The notes under the pieces are model-generated. The model did not search any database. It was given only the letters and a program-made list of their open reading frames with translations, and was not told the DNA's origin. Of a stretch of 62,903 nt of DNA, positions 27,108 to 40,554 are shown one piece after another. Source of the DNA: Spizellomyces punctatus DAOM BR117 (taxonomy: Eukaryota); assembly GCA_000182565.2 (NCBI GenBank), contig KQ257454.1; one strand, given 5' to 3'. How positions within the stretch are numbered: position 1 is the first letter of the stretch; each line of letters starts with the position of its first letter. A program made the position numbers and the translations under genes.

Positions 27108-28062
27108 ATGCCATCACCCATTCTCCCCGTTGCGCAGCCCACCGTGATGGTAAGTCGACCTTTTTATTGCGAATTGCGAATTTTAGTGACGCTGACGCTA
27201 TTTCTTGCAGCATCAGGCAGTGCGAACCGCCCTAGGCAACAGACGACTCGTACTCGTCCTGATGGCAATGTCTGCCATGTTCTCCCTCTTTTACCTAGTG
27301 ACACCTGCAAACCTTTCACTACGCGAGTCCCTACAAAAATACAACTCCTGTCCAGAGATGACAGAGTCAGCACCACGATATAACACCTCAAAACTAGCGG
27401 TGCTTGTTGAGCAGCGACCATTGTCAACCATGATTCCGATCCTGCTCCATTATATGGCGACTATGGCAGACGACTGGCCTTTCCAAGTTTTCCACACAAA
27501 AGACAACGCCCACCTGTTTGAAAATTCTGCTGCGATACGACGATACATAAAGATGGGCAAGCTGCAGACTACTCTTATGCCCGAAGATATCATCCTGAAA
27601 ACTCAGCAAGACGTATCGGCCTTCTTGACAAAGAGATGGCTGTGGGAGCAGTTTGAAGCGGAGCACATATTTTTCTTCCAATTGGATGCCATCATTTGCT
27701 CCAACAGCGACATGACGGTTGATGACTTTTTGGGGTACGATTGGATCGGTGCACCATGGCCGCACTTTATTGACGTCAAGGGTGGGAACGGCGGGCTTTC
27801 GCTGCGGAGACGATCAAGATTGCTGAGATGTCTCGACAAACAGACTTGGCAACCGACAGATCTGCCCGAAGACGTGTGGTTTAGTGTCTGTTTGATGTCC
27901 TTCCCGGATGCCGTCATGCCAAGCTTTGAGGAGAGCAAACGCTTCAGTTTGGAAGGGGCCCGGACAGATCGTTTTCTTGGGGTTCACAAGCCGTACAACG
28001 ATATTCAGATATCTGAGGCGTATACAACATGCCCCGAAGCAAGGATGCTGTTTCTGGATTGA
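27108..28062 (+). CDS. DUF5672-type putative glycosyltransferase with N-terminal TM anchor
   Basis: EHIFFFQLDAIIC, DFLGYDWIGAPW, GGNGGLSLRRRS, PEDVWFS, FLGVHKP motifs. Confidence 0.8.
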
Positions 28063-28628
28063 TCAGTTGATGGGGCAGATTAATATGGGCCATACCTTTG
28101 TCAGCGGCGGCTGTATTTAGCTTTTTAGATTTGCAAATTTGCATGTATATCTCCTATTGTATGTATTGATTTGCTGTGCAATATAGATAGCCCAATTGAC
28201 CAAAAAATAGAGAAATAAAACGGTAACGATATTATCGTAATCTATTGGCCTTGGTGGAGCGCAGGCTTGCAACGGAGAATCTTCGCAAGTTTCGCAATCA
28301 CTCATCGTCATGTTGCGACTTCACTGAACTTTGCCGCGCCATCGACAATAGTACTGAAGTCTTCAACAGTGCATGTCTCATCCAAATTCCTCTCAGAGGA
28401 TGCTGTGGAGAGCGAATATCGCATGGGTCTTGGTTGTTCGCCAATCGATTCGAGATCCGTCGTCAAGAATCGTCCAGATGTCGAATCAATGATTCATGGA
28501 TATCCGTCGTCCAGTTAGCCTTTTTCCGTTGCCTGACACGCACAATGTCACTGACACTCCCTCTGTGTAAGTTCCGTGAAGACGGTCATACGGTTCTTTT
28601 GCTCGCGGAAACCACGATCCATTATGGT

Positions 28629-28969
28629 TCATCCGCTCCCTACTCCTGGCAACATTCCCCTCCCGACAAAAAAGAATCTCGGATCGAAATCTACCCAGCA
28701 CCTTTGCTCTTCTTCTCGGAGCGTTGGTGAATAGTAGTTGCACGAGGATGCGAGGAGGCCCAAGATCACAAGCGAACTGTTTACATCAAGGCAAACATGA
28801 GACCTGTCAGATCACGCCGTACACTGTGTCAAGCAAGGACATTAACATACCAATACAAACACGGTTTATGCGTGACAAACATGCAAAGCAAAAAGGAGAG
28901 GATGAAGAAATTTGACGCACGAGGAAACGGTATCAGGAATAAGAATAAAAAGTACTGCATGCACCACAT
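28629..28969 (-). CDS. BLCAP/BC10 family small membrane protein (two exons)
   Basis: MWCMQYFLFLFLIPFPRASNFFILSFLLCMFVTHKPCLYC/SLVILGLLASSC...RCWVDF; resembles the MxCL..L..LIP and KPCxxC pattern of BLCAP. Confidence 0.75.
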
Positions 28970-29166
28970 AGTTTCTTGCAAAGCGCACTTGATGCAAAAT
29001 GACCTTAGCGTAGATGGAGCACGTCGTGGAGATCCTGCGTCTCCGGTCGCTCGTTGCTTGGACGGAGCCGTTTGCAACCGTGTGATCACGTGACGGGATT
29101 CCATTGTTTATATTTCTTTTCAACAGGATTTTTCCCACTGCCAGTTATTTACATTCATCTCCTCCT

Positions 29167-32037
29167 CTAAGCATTAGCCTTTTCGCTGAAAGATGAATTG
29201 AACCGTTTGCACATGGATATGCGGCATCATATAAATACGGACTTGGACAGCGCATATATCACATTACGAAAGAGACTTGATCTCGGCCGACGAAGCTTTC
29301 TGTGCCTCAACTAAAAGACCGCGGATTTCAGCTTTTAAAAGTAAACCATCGTTAATTCACAGTGTTTACCTTTGAGTTTCTTCAATCTTTTGCCACTACC
29401 CGCATTCTGCCGCAGTTCGAGAGACCCACGCTAATACGTAAAAGGAAAAAATTCCGATCAATTAAGACATTTCCCGGACCTGCATAATTGATTCTCACCC
29501 TTCTTCGCTTCTCTTGCGCCTTTCTGTACAAGTACTCTAGCGAGTGAATGGCCGTCCAATTGTCAACCATATCGAGTGGTGGTGCTGCGAACCATTTTAG
29601 CTTTTTATCGTCCGTTGTGTCAAAGCAGTCAACTGCGGTGGAATAATGTCAGTCTCTATAATAATCCTGCGGGATAGTAGAATCAATTGCATACTGGTGG
29701 TCACAGGCAGGTTATCGTATCCTTGGCTGCTCGGCGTCGGCGTCGATTTGGGAGGCTTGGTGAAGTACGGAGTAACGGGTGCTCCAGTATTAGACGTTCC
29801 GAGACCAAGTGTGGATGGTACATACGATTGTGCAGTCGCGGTGTGCGGTACCGTTGGTGTCAAGGGTGATACAATCAAAGGGGTTGAAGGAGTAGCACCA
29901 GTTGTCCATGTTGAAGGTATCGAAGCTGCCGTCGCGCCCGGTGTTGAAGTCGCATGTAATTGGACAGCAGGAGTTTTCAATTGAATTAAACTAGCAGGTG
30001 CAGTCCCCGGTATCTGACCGATAGCCCAATTTTAAATACATCCAGTCGTCACGAATTTGCGACGCTCTTACCTTTCGCGGGGATTGGGGTTTCGGGGTCG
30101 CTGGGCGTTCCGCGATACTTTGAGCATCTTCGCTGCCTTTCCGTGTCCGTCCTTGGTTGGTAGATTCGTCAAATGCGGAATACAGGCGCAAGGGTACAAT
30201 AGGTGTTGGAAAAAGCTCGAGATCCAACTGCTTATGCCGTGCAACTTCCGGTATACATGTAAGCCAATTTTTAATCTTGGAATACTGCTTGGCCTGCTCG
30301 TTGTATCTTGATTCGCAAACATAGACATCGTCCTTTGACGCGCCTTTTGGTCTTCCACGCACATAATCGCGAATATATAACACCCAGCATCGCCCGACAA
30401 TTTCATTAGCGTAGTAATTCTCGGTATGATTTGTTTTAAATACTTCGTTGTGCATAAATTTGGTGTTCGCGCGATGTACAGTTTGCTCCGGCCGTAGGAA
30501 CCAACATGCGCTCACTCCTTCTCGCGGCACGCTGTTATTGAAATGTCAGCATCTTAGACACGTACGCCACTGAAGTTACGTGTACCCACGGATGCTGTTT
30601 CGACCACACCGAGATGATTTGCGCAACAGTTGGTTTCATCGGGTCATTAGGATTAAAGATATACACGAAGTCGCCTATATTGCACGCCATATTAGATACA
30701 TTACTCTTTCCAGGAAAGCGTTCAAGGTAATTGCCTAGAATGGCAAATAAACATGTATCAATACCTGGTTCATAGGTTTGTCCGTCAACAGTGAGCGCTG
30801 GGGACGATACTTTCAGGTCATCCTTCGCGTCATTTCCGTGACGTTTCTTCATGAGCTCGTTGAATAGCATCTGCTCCGTTGACAGTCACTTAGCAAATGG
30901 CGAAGACAATCGGTATCCTTGAAATATCCTCACTTGCAACGCGATAGCGTCTTGGTACACCTCGGATCCTTCAGCATTATATTCCATGGCGTTAGATACC
31001 ATCCGCATGAAATCGGCCTCGAATTCCGCTACCGAATGATATGCCTTTCTATCAATCTTCTGCTGTATTATGTCAAGCGATATTGGATTCTTGATCTGTA
31101 GAATGCAGTCGTTTGAGCCAACAGTGGAGTACCATGCTTGGGCCATATCATACAGACCTCATCGTAATAGTCGGGATATTCGTCCTTGTCTGGTAGCTCT
31201 TGGAACATCTCCGAGATGATGCGGCCCCTACAATGGTACAATAAGACACGGCTTTCTGCGAAGTCAACGGTGCAGCTGCATACTCGTCGTTTTTACGAGT
31301 CGTAATGGTCCGGAGTATGTTTCGAAACTCGTTGACGAGTTTCTGTGCACGTACAGATCAGCATCGCTCAAGAATAACCTGCGCAAAATTTACAATTACC
31401 TCGTTTGACGTGTCTGGGCTGACCGATGCTTGCGAGTTCAGGACTTCGCCAGATCGGTTTGGAAGCTTTTGCGAGTGCGCTGCTAGCTCCAGTTCAAAAG
31501 CTCCCTGGATGTCCACCTCAGCTATCTAGGGTGATAAATGCTAAAGCGGATTTAGAGCGTACCTGGAGAGTCACAGCGTCCTTGTAAACGGTGGAACCTT
31601 TGCGGTTAAACGTCTTCGCATTTTCAATCAGCAGTTCCATATCGGCTTGGAATTCTTCCATGGTCCTGTATTCCCTACGGTCTATCTTCTCTTGAATGAC
31701 TTCCAATGCAATAGGTTGCTGGATGATTTCATAGTACTCTGGGTAGTCGTCACGGGAGACCAACTCTTCAAACAGCTCGCTTATTTTTCGGCCTCTGGAG
31801 AGAGAAGAGGTGTTAGCCATTTCGTCCTTTTGGGTTCTGTCTGTCGTCCCACACGTGTACAATAAGAAAGGTAATGAGGTTAACGTACGTCTTATCTTGT
31901 AAGCTCCGGATGGCGATCAGAACATCATCCATGGCCCTCAGCATGGCATCAGTTTGAGACACCTTATTGGCAGGGGGGCGGCCTCTCCGGGGCCGTGGGA
32001 CGGCTGGACTATCTGACGGAGCAGGACTCGCTGGCAT
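29167..32037 (-). CDS. RSC1/RSC2/polybromo-like chromatin remodelling subunit (AT-hook, two bromodomains, BAH); 3' end approximate
   Basis: PRPRRGRPP AT-hook; DYPEYYEIIQQPIAL...NAKTFN and PDYYDE/IKNPISL...NAMEYN bromodomains; BAH GDFVYI...CWFLRPEQTVH...YVCESRY; C-terminal KWFAAPPLD...HSLEYL. Confidence 0.9.
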
Positions 32038-32418
32038 GCCGAACTGTTCAACGCATTGGAGAAGCACAAGATTTATAAAAGCAGTTTGGGCAATTTTATA
32101 GTTGCTGTGATCTTATTGACAGGCAAGGTGGAATTTTCAGGGTGAGTCGCGTGGTACTTGGATATTACGAAATACGAGCCCCCGTTGCGACATGCGCTCT
32201 TTCAAAGACCTTTCAACCTCTCGCTGTCCTCAACAATCAATCTTTGCTGCATCGCACGACTGATACGTTAACACTCGCCAAGCAAGGCCTGCCACTTTTA
32301 TCACACTCTCAACAGCCCGATCCTGACTCGCTTCACGCTCCTACACAACCTGTCCCCTCGGCACTCACCAAGCGGACCGGAGCTTTGCCTTAAGTTGCGC
32401 CAAACACAGCAAAAGAAA

Positions 32419-34137
32419 ATGACTATTTATATGAGGTAAGTCGATGAATCTTTGCGAACTTTAGGGTTGAATTGGAAGGGACACCGAATCGCTAGGCGAC
32501 ACTCCCTTCGTACTGTTTCATTGTCCGTCACCCTCCATATCACAATGCTGACAGCCGTTTAGGGAAGATGTCGAATTTGTAAAGCCGAATGCTAAAAAGC
32601 ACCCCCAGAGATCCAGCATACAACATTGGTAAGGATACCTGGTTTTGAAGTAATGTCTAGATTGCTATATGTGTGCGCGTTGAGGAACACACTATTGGAA
32701 AACCTCCGTAGTCCCTTGACTCTTGAGCTTTTAGTATGGGCGGATGTACAATGGCTGCTCTTGTACTGGACGTACTGATTTGATATTGACTACTTTTCTA
32801 AATTCCTGAATCGTAATCTTTTTACTCTACAGGCAGCTTCGTGATCTTATCGCTTGTCCAAATAGCAAACATGAATTTATGTATGTGAATCAGAACAACG
32901 TCTATCAATACAACACCGAGCACAAGCAGGTACTTATCAGGCACTCAATTGTCTTGTCTTCATGATGTTCATCCATTTGATGTCCCAGGTCACACCAATA
33001 CTAAAAGATTTAACGTTTTCACCAACTTCTATAACCACTGGGTACGTTTGATATTTGCAGTGACGAACGTACGTAGAACTGCTCGTAATCATTGCAATTG
33101 CCAGCCACGGGTTTCTGGCAGCAGGTGGTCAACGCAGCCAGCTAATGGTTCGGCAGCTTTCAAGTAATTGGTGTGCGCATACCACGGTAGGGGGTTCAAT
33201 CAACAACGCCATGTGCATTTCGCAACATCTTGGAGGGACACGACTGTTGATCTGCAACAACGATGAAACCATCAAAGTTTATTCTCTACCCGGCATGCAG
33301 CGAATAACCTCTGTATCCCTCCCCACCGCTGTAAACTACGCCGCCGTTAGTCCAGATGGGAGGAAAATGGTTGCTGTTGGAGACTCACCACAAGTTTTCC
33401 TGTTTGACATTTCCGCTTCGGACGGATACGCCCGGGTCGCAACGCTTACAGGTGCGTCAGAGACAAGTGGTTGAATGGCTGATGGGCGCGCCTAACTAAT
33501 GTCGCGATTCCTCGTTTGATATAGCAAGCAACGATGCAGGTTTCTCGTGCGCTTGGAACCAATCATCGGAAAAGTTCGCGGTGGCGAGCCAAGACGGATA
33601 TGTAAGCGTATGGGATATACGAAATACAGGCGAGAAAATTGCCAAACTCGGATCAAAGCAGGTTGGTTTTGCGGTGGCATACGGTTATGATTACAAGTGT
33701 TGCATTTGCGAACCTTTTCAACTAGAATCCACAAGTGAAAGGTGCATGTCGATCTGTGAAATTCTCTCCTACAGGCTCTATAGATTTGCTCATGTATAGT
33801 GAGGTAAGCAGTGCGAGACGCACCCCGCCACTTTGTTCATATTGGCTGCTAACGGAATCGTGGTTAGCATATGTCGTATATAAATGTTGTTGATGCCAGA
33901 ACATTTAATGAACGCCAAACTGTTCGCGTTGCTCCATCGTCAAGTGATCAGCACATATCCGGCATAACATTCTCGCCAGACTCCAAGAACATATTTGTTG
34001 GTATGTAAAACACTGTCCCAACGCTCTGTACTTGTTCTAATGAAGGTGCTTGTCATACAGGAATGGAAAGCAACGTATGGGAATTTGAAGTAGATACAAT
34101 GAATCGTCGATGCTTTCCGGAAGGCTCTATTATTTAA
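32419..34137 (+). CDS. WD40-repeat protein of the DUF2415 type (multi-exon)
   Basis: IQHW/QLRDLI, FLAAGGQRSQL, VGGSINNA, LLICNNDETIK, VNYAAVSPDGRKMVAVGDS, FAVASQDGYVSVWDIR. Confidence 0.8.
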
Positions 34138-34466
34138 ACCCCTACCTTGACGCACTTCGCCACCCGCATGCCCCACTTACCACGTTTTTGTTGGGCTTTA
34201 CATGGCTGCAGCATACCCATCATCGTCTTACAATCTTCTACTTTTTGATCTGTGTGGAATCAATTGTACATGAGCTCTTGCATTACATACATCACTACAC
34301 TGACCGAGTAGCAGCACTGGCAGCGCATTCCTGCGGGGTGGATTATCTGATCGGTGATTACCTAAAGCGGTGACTCATTTGACCACTGTACAATTGTGTC
34401 CCAGTCTCCACATTTTGCGATAGGTTCCACTGTACGAGTACATCTTACCCTTAGATTGTTACCCAC

Positions 34467-37400
34467 ATGTGGCTGTTAGTGGGCAATACCGAGTCTTGTA
34501 AAGGTGGGATTGCAGAAGCCGACGTGCTTGAGCAAACTTGACTGAGGCTTGTGCCACAGAGTTCAGCATATGGCTGCAACCCGGTAGATCCTATACCGTT
34601 GGTCGCAAAGGTGAACTTAAATGCGCACACAGATTCACTTCAAGCAGCGTACCCAACTATCTGCAACTATTCCAGATTCCGACATTGTATTAGGAAGTGA
34701 CAAGTCAGTTAGTCGTACACATGCAGTTCTAAGCGTCTCTCCACCCTTGGATGTGGATAAACTCGTAAGTGGCAAGACCTTGTGCTACTTAGTTGAACCT
34801 CGAAATCAACAGCGTTTACAATTCTGGGCCCTAGGTTCACCTGGATGCGCGGACACAGGTGTCGGTGAAGGATGATGCTTCAAAGTTTGGTACGTTTCTC
34901 AATGGAGGAGCCAAACGCATTTGCGGAACAGAAGACATCAAGGAAGGTGACGTGGTGAGGTTTGGCGTGAATGAGTCAGCATTTCGGTAAGCGTACGCAC
35001 ACTATGCATATCCACTTTTGTCTCCTTGTATTGAGGATGGATCAACGTTGACTCGAGTATCTCCTGGTGTAGCCTGAAATACGTCCCTGTCGTACTGTGC
35101 TGTTCTGGGCTGCGAGCGAAACAACGTGGAGAGATTAATGAATTGGCGCGACAGTATGGTTTGTTACTTGGAGAACCATTTACCATTAATGTGACTCCTA
35201 GCTGAATCCTGCCAGATTTCAAGTCCTTCAAGGATTGGACTTCGTCTTGTACACATCTGGTGGTATCGACGCTTAAAATCACCATGAAGGTCGTCCTTGC
35301 ACTCGCACATCACCGTTATATCGTTGGTGAGGCATGGGTACGAGCCTTTTCCAAAGCTGATCCGAAGAATTTTGCGATGCCGGACCCACTCCAGTAAGTT
35401 GGATACCTAATCGCGTTGGTAGTGGGGCGATGGCGACCGACCTACTCATTCTTCATGCCACTGCCTCAGATCACTGCCAGTAGCGACAGACGACTCTTTG
35501 GATTTGAGCAAGGTCTCCTTTGCGCCGGATCCAAGTCGTGCGATAGTGCTGACTGGTCATCAATTCGTCGTTTTCAGTGACGAAGAGGTGGGCAGTGTAT
35601 TATTTCCTTGATACGGTTTGGTATCTTAGCCCTTGTATTTTGCTAGTTCAAAAATTTGCAAAAAGTTGTGACCGCAGCAGGTGGTGAAATTTACAACTGG
35701 TCCGGAATTCAGCAACAGAATGGGATGGAACGCCTGCAAGACGCGTTGCGGGGCCTGCACAAGCCATGTGTCGTGCTCCCTAATGGACAACTTAGCGGAA
35801 CTGTGATGTCGGCCATAACCCTGTATGTCAATCTTTCACTCTTCCAAATTGTCACCTCTATGTATGTTCATAACGAACCCGTAGGTTGCGTCTGAGGTTG
35901 ATCCCTCAAGATGATATTGCAAAAGCAATATTATTTGTCTCTGGTGACCCATATTGCAATAACATGGAATCGCCTGCTACCGAACCAAATGGGTTTACCT
36001 CACCCGTTGGCGATCAACCTCAGTCCGCCATTGAATCAAATCGCCAACCATCGACATCGCAATCGTTGCGAGTACCGAAGGAAGAATCATTAGTACGATA
36101 TATTTTTTTTCACGATGGTTGAACCCGTCATCAGATGACGTGATCTAATTGAATAGGCACCATTACGACCGGGACTTATACCAGTACGAAAAGGTTTCGA
36201 TGACTTTTTGGATAATCTGATTGATGGGACCATAGGATTGTCATCCATCCCCCAAGATACCTCGGTATGTCTAGGTGCAGCAGCATTCAAACCGCTGAGC
36301 TTATGACGATCTGAGCATGAGACACACTAGGGCCAAAGTCAGGTCAAATCTGAACACGATTCGGCACCCAAAGAGCGCCCTTCCGTTGTGTCGTTAGCTG
36401 AGAAGCTTGGTCTTAAAAGCCGTACAGATTCCTGGGATGGTCAAAAGCTGACTAATAGTATAGGCGAGATCCGAGACGAGGAAACGCTGCAGCGATCAGA
36501 TCCATCGCGACGAAAACGGAGGAGAGGCGATGTTAGTGGCGAGTCGGTCAAATGTGTGAACGATCAGAACCGGCCGACAACACCAGACGGCGCTAGCGAG
36601 AAGCGACAAAGGCGAATGGATGAGATCGATTCGATCATCAATCCAGGAGAAACGGCCCCCCATCCGATCCTAGAAGCATCCCCTGGTGGGATTAGTCATG
36701 AGAAGACTAAACAAATAGGTTGCGCTGATACGCTAAAAACTCCAAATGGAGCTCTAAAAGTCCCAGTGCTGTCCAGTATGTCCATGAAGGGCGTTGAGGA
36801 CGCTCCCGAGGATGCTACCAGATTGCTACAGAAGCTAGCCAGGGAAGGACAGTCTCAGACGGAAACCAGCGTCAGTCGGACATTGGAAGATGTCCAAGAT
36901 TTGAAAGGGCTTGTCAGTGTGGAAGTCGTGCCATTAGTTATAGGGCGACCATCACCCCCACCGACCATAGCACGAGGCATTGGACCAAATTTCAAGCGCT
37001 TTCAGAAGGTACGTGCTCATTGACAACTAAGTGGTCAGTTTCTATTAACCCAGGACTGGTGTAGAATCATTACCCGCAAAAAGATATATTACAGCGACGA
37101 ATTATAAGAAACTTACAGCGTGAGTTATAAAGATCATTGCAGTCAAACGTACAAAGTTCTCAACGTTAAACGACTGCTTTTGGAGATAGCGTACGAAAAA
37201 GGCGGGCTGCGAGTACTTGGTAGTGACGGACAGGGATGGTTACAAGCCAAGCTGACTCCTAACAGCAAGCGTAATGAACAGCGTGATAGGCATGTACGCA
37301 CCTTTAACAACCACGAGAGTGAAAAGGAAGACGACGATAACGAAGTTGATGTAAAAGATGACATGGAGAGTGTGATTTTAGCCAATGATGATGCCGCGGA

Positions 37401-37503
37401 GACGAGTGCACCAGATGGTCCACCGACTGTTAATAGGATTAGCCTGGACGAGCATAGTCAGCAAGGATTTCTCCAGTTTGCGGCGAGGCGAAGTAGGCGA
37501 TGA
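34467..37503 (+). CDS. NBS1: Nibrin/Nbs1 (FHA-BRCT-BRCT, Mre11-binding motif)
   Basis: MWLL start, YTVGRK, DKSVSRTHAVL, DDASKFGTFLNG, GDVVRFG (FHA); CTHLVV...TMKVVLAL (BRCT); PNFKRFQK; acidic tail ending FLQFAARRSRR. Confidence 0.88.
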
Positions 37504-37865
37504 CTTGGAAGGTATCTAAAATCTACTATGAAAAAAAACAATGCCCACTGTCCTTTTTGATTGTCGTCGAGCGAGGTTCGATCTGATTACGGCATTCTGC
37601 TGTGCCGTTATTTCCGACCAATAGAATTGCTCCACGAAGTGTGATAAGAAGTCGGGCCACCGAAGCTGCCCTTTCCCAGCCCTTCTTGCTGGTCACTCGT
37701 CATTTTGCATCTCCGTTCAAAAACGAGCTGTTATCGCCAACGGCAATCTCATCTACATTTCACGGCACAAGAGTGTGCATAGCTTTTGCGGCAGGACTTT
37801 CTTTAGCCGCTTTTTGATTATTTCTATCAGTCGCAGTCAACCCCGTCGCCCTCGTCACTCTTCCA

Positions 37866-39156
37866 ATGTCGTTCCCTTTCCAGCCAACGGAACGTTTATA
37901 TGCGAGTGTGACAGGGGGCGGCGAAAGCTTGGGAATATGGGGTCCAGGTAACATAGCCTTCCCGGACTTGGACGATTTCGCATCTCTGCTCTCGGGGGCT
38001 GCACCCTCGACGGAAGCCGGGAGTCTCCCGACACCCCCGCTAGGTGAAAACCTAGAATTAGGTGGAGGACGCCACTCCACTGTTGAAGATTTGGAGGCCT
38101 TCTTGTTGGGGAGCGCTGATATACCTACTGTACCACCGTCCATGGGTATCGCGAATGCTTTCCAGGACACAGATTTTGTTTTTGCCGATGTTATGGCATC
38201 GACAGGCTCGTCGCCACAGACGACCGCAATGAGTGCCACTGTGGAGGGTCAACACTGCCGATCTGCGCTAGATACCCTACCTTCCACTGCGTCAAAGACT
38301 CGGCCGGGGCAACCAATGTCTCCAGTGTCAATAACGTCGAATGATGAAGCACCAATCAGCGAAGTGGAGCCAAAGAGTCTTGGCAAGCGCCGAAAGTTAA
38401 CTGCTGAAGAGAAAGATCAAAGAGCGAAAGAGAGGTAACTAGACAGTAATAAGCAAAGCGTTCTTTGGGATGATTGCACGTTTTGACTTGTGTTGCAAAA
38501 GGGCGATTCGTAATCGACAAGCAGCTCAAGAATCCCGCGACAAGAAGCGCAAGTACATTGATGACCTCGAAGCGACAAACGCGCATCTTTCACAACAGAA
38601 CGTGGAGCTTACCCAACGACTCGAGTCGATCGAGCGCACGAACCAGTCTTTGACCTCCCGCATTGAAGACCTTGTGTCCCAGCTTGCTTCTTTCCGAAAA
38701 CGATTTAAATCTTCCGACGAATCTGAATTCCTCGCGCTTGGCGCTCTTTCATCCGACCCAGCAGCGGTCGCATCCCAGCAGCGGATGTTGTCAAGCAAGA
38801 GGAATTCGAAGAGCCTTGCGACGACTGCGCAAGGCACCTCAGCTTCGAAGAGTTCTTCAACCTCGACCCAGGCTCACCCGCTGGCTGCGATGGTGGTGGT
38901 GACTCTTTTCCAATCGATGGTCTATATGATCACGACATCAAGAGTCTTCTCGCCTTTGACCAGCCTTTTGACCTTGGGTTCCAGGTTGAAGAATTCTGCT
39001 GAGGGTCCGGTCGATCTAAAAATTAATCGTGGAGAATCCTGGCGTCAAATGCGGACAGGGATTGGGCTTTTGCCAGATCTCGATGGGTATTATTCAACAC
39101 AGCCATGCTCCCGGTTAGAGAAATTTCCGGTTTTGCGAAAGATATGGGCGATGTAG
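37866..39156 (+). CDS. HAC1: Hac1/XBP1-like bZIP UPR transcription factor (unspliced form ends 39156; Ire1-spliced form ends 39002)
   Basis: KRRKLTAEEKDQRAKER/AIRNRQAAQESRDKKR basic region plus leucine zipper, followed by twin CAGCAGC hairpins at 38754-38787. Confidence 0.9.
38754..38787 (+). promoter_or_regulatory. Twin Ire1 cleavage hairpins flanking a 17-nt unconventional intron (38762-38778)
   Basis: CGACC-CAGCAGC-GGTCG immediately followed by CATCC-CAGCAGC-GGATG: two perfect 5-bp stems with 7-nt CNG|CNGN loops. Confidence 0.88.
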
Positions 39157-39591
39157 ACCAACGTGAGGCTTAATACTTTTTGATTCACCCGGGCGCCAAC
39201 GAGTCCTTCTTGCTCATTTCTAGGTGTTTGAGGAATAATATTTTTTTTTTTCATGTCTATGTAGTTGGTTTGTTCTTTTAGTTATGGCCCAAAATGGGGC
39301 ATGTAAATAGAGAAATATTCATTATTTTGGTTTATATCATTCCTTGGAAACCTGCTGTGCATCTTTCATTGACAAAGTAATGAATACCAGCATGTTCCAA
39401 TTCTTCATCCCTAGATGCCTCTGTGTTGTGTCATACAGGGGATTCATTGCTCTGGGAATCTGAATTGTACTCCGTCGATCTGAAGCTGGTGACGTGTTCC
39501 TGTAATCGAATGTATCTGTGCAGTGCTATTTGTGCAACTGGGAATAGAGACAGTTCCGTAAGGCTCATCTGATATGCAAATACTCATGTTT

Positions 39592-40554
39592 CTACTCTTG
39601 ACATTGTAGCCATCCTTTCGCAACTAATGCCAGCGTTGCCCCCTCTTTACCTTGCTTCTCATACAACGCCGACAATCTGTCCCCAGAAAGTTTTTGCAAT
39701 GCCACCAACGTGCCCTCCTCAACAGGTTCCACATCTTGGTTCTTATTATCGCTCACCACTGACGATGTCCCTTTTGAACCTTTGCCAGACGGTCTCTGCT
39801 TTGAGCGTTGGTCTAGTAGTGCACTCGATGCCAGACGGAGCCCATATAATGCCCGCAAATTGTCTTTACATAGCTCCAAACCAGAGCAGTAATATTTGAC
39901 GGCAAGATCGAGCTTCCCCAGGGTATACAACAGGTCGGCATAGCGGATGTGATAAAGATGGTTCTGAGGACGTAGCAATAAAAGCTCCTCGAAACAGAAT
40001 GCGGCCTGTTGATACATGCTCTCTCCAATGTAAAGTGATGCAAGTTCGGCCCACGCCTCCACGTCCTGCATAAAAGCGTCCACATACGTCACGAGTCGTT
40101 CGATAGCTTCCGTACGCTTGCCTTGGGAGCTTAACACGGCTACTAGTCGCTTATGGGTCAACACATTTATTTCGTCCTGTTCGAGGGCAGTTTGGTAAAT
40201 TTCGATTGCCTTATCAAAGTCACCTTCGGCTTCCTTCAATAAGCCATACAGCCGTTGTACACGGACGGAGGACTTGAAGGGGAAGCGCTTCTCGATTGTT
40301 GCAAGGTGAGTCTTCGCAATATCAATGTTTCCTGTGTCAAGGGCAGCAACGAACACTTGTTCGAGGACGGCAAACCTCTCGATATCGCCGAAGGAAGCAG
40401 TCTTGAGGAGGTGAGAGCCATGGGAGAGGACCTCGGCAGGATCGTAGTGCGGTGGGAGATCTTCTGCGCCAACCGAGACTGGATCCGCGGTGCCCGTTCG
40501 CAGTGTGGCGAGTTTCTGACGGGCATTCGTAACGTTAAAGTTTGGAGGTGCCAT
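39592..40554 (-). CDS. EMC2: ER membrane protein complex subunit 2 (TPR)
   Basis: VLEQVFVAALDTG, RFPFKSSVRVQRLYG, YVDAFMQDVEAWAELASLY, AAFCFEELLLLRPQN, DNLRALYGL. Confidence 0.9.
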   Translation of the reverse strand: MAPPNFNVTNARQKLATLRTGTADPVSVGAEDLPPHYDPAEVLSHGSHLLKTASFGDIERFAVLEQVFVAALDTGNIDIAKTHLATIEKRFPFKSSVRVQRLYGLLKEAEGDFDKAIEIYQTALEQDEINVLTHKRLVAVLSSQGKRTEAIERLVTYVDAFMQDVEAWAELASLYIGESMYQQAAFCFEELLLLRPQNHLYHIRYADLLYTLGKLDLAVKYYCSGLELCKDNLRALYGLRLASSALLDQRSKQRPSGKGSKGTSSVVSDNKNQDVEPVEEGTLVALQKLSGDRLSALYEKQGKEGATLALVAKGWLQCQE

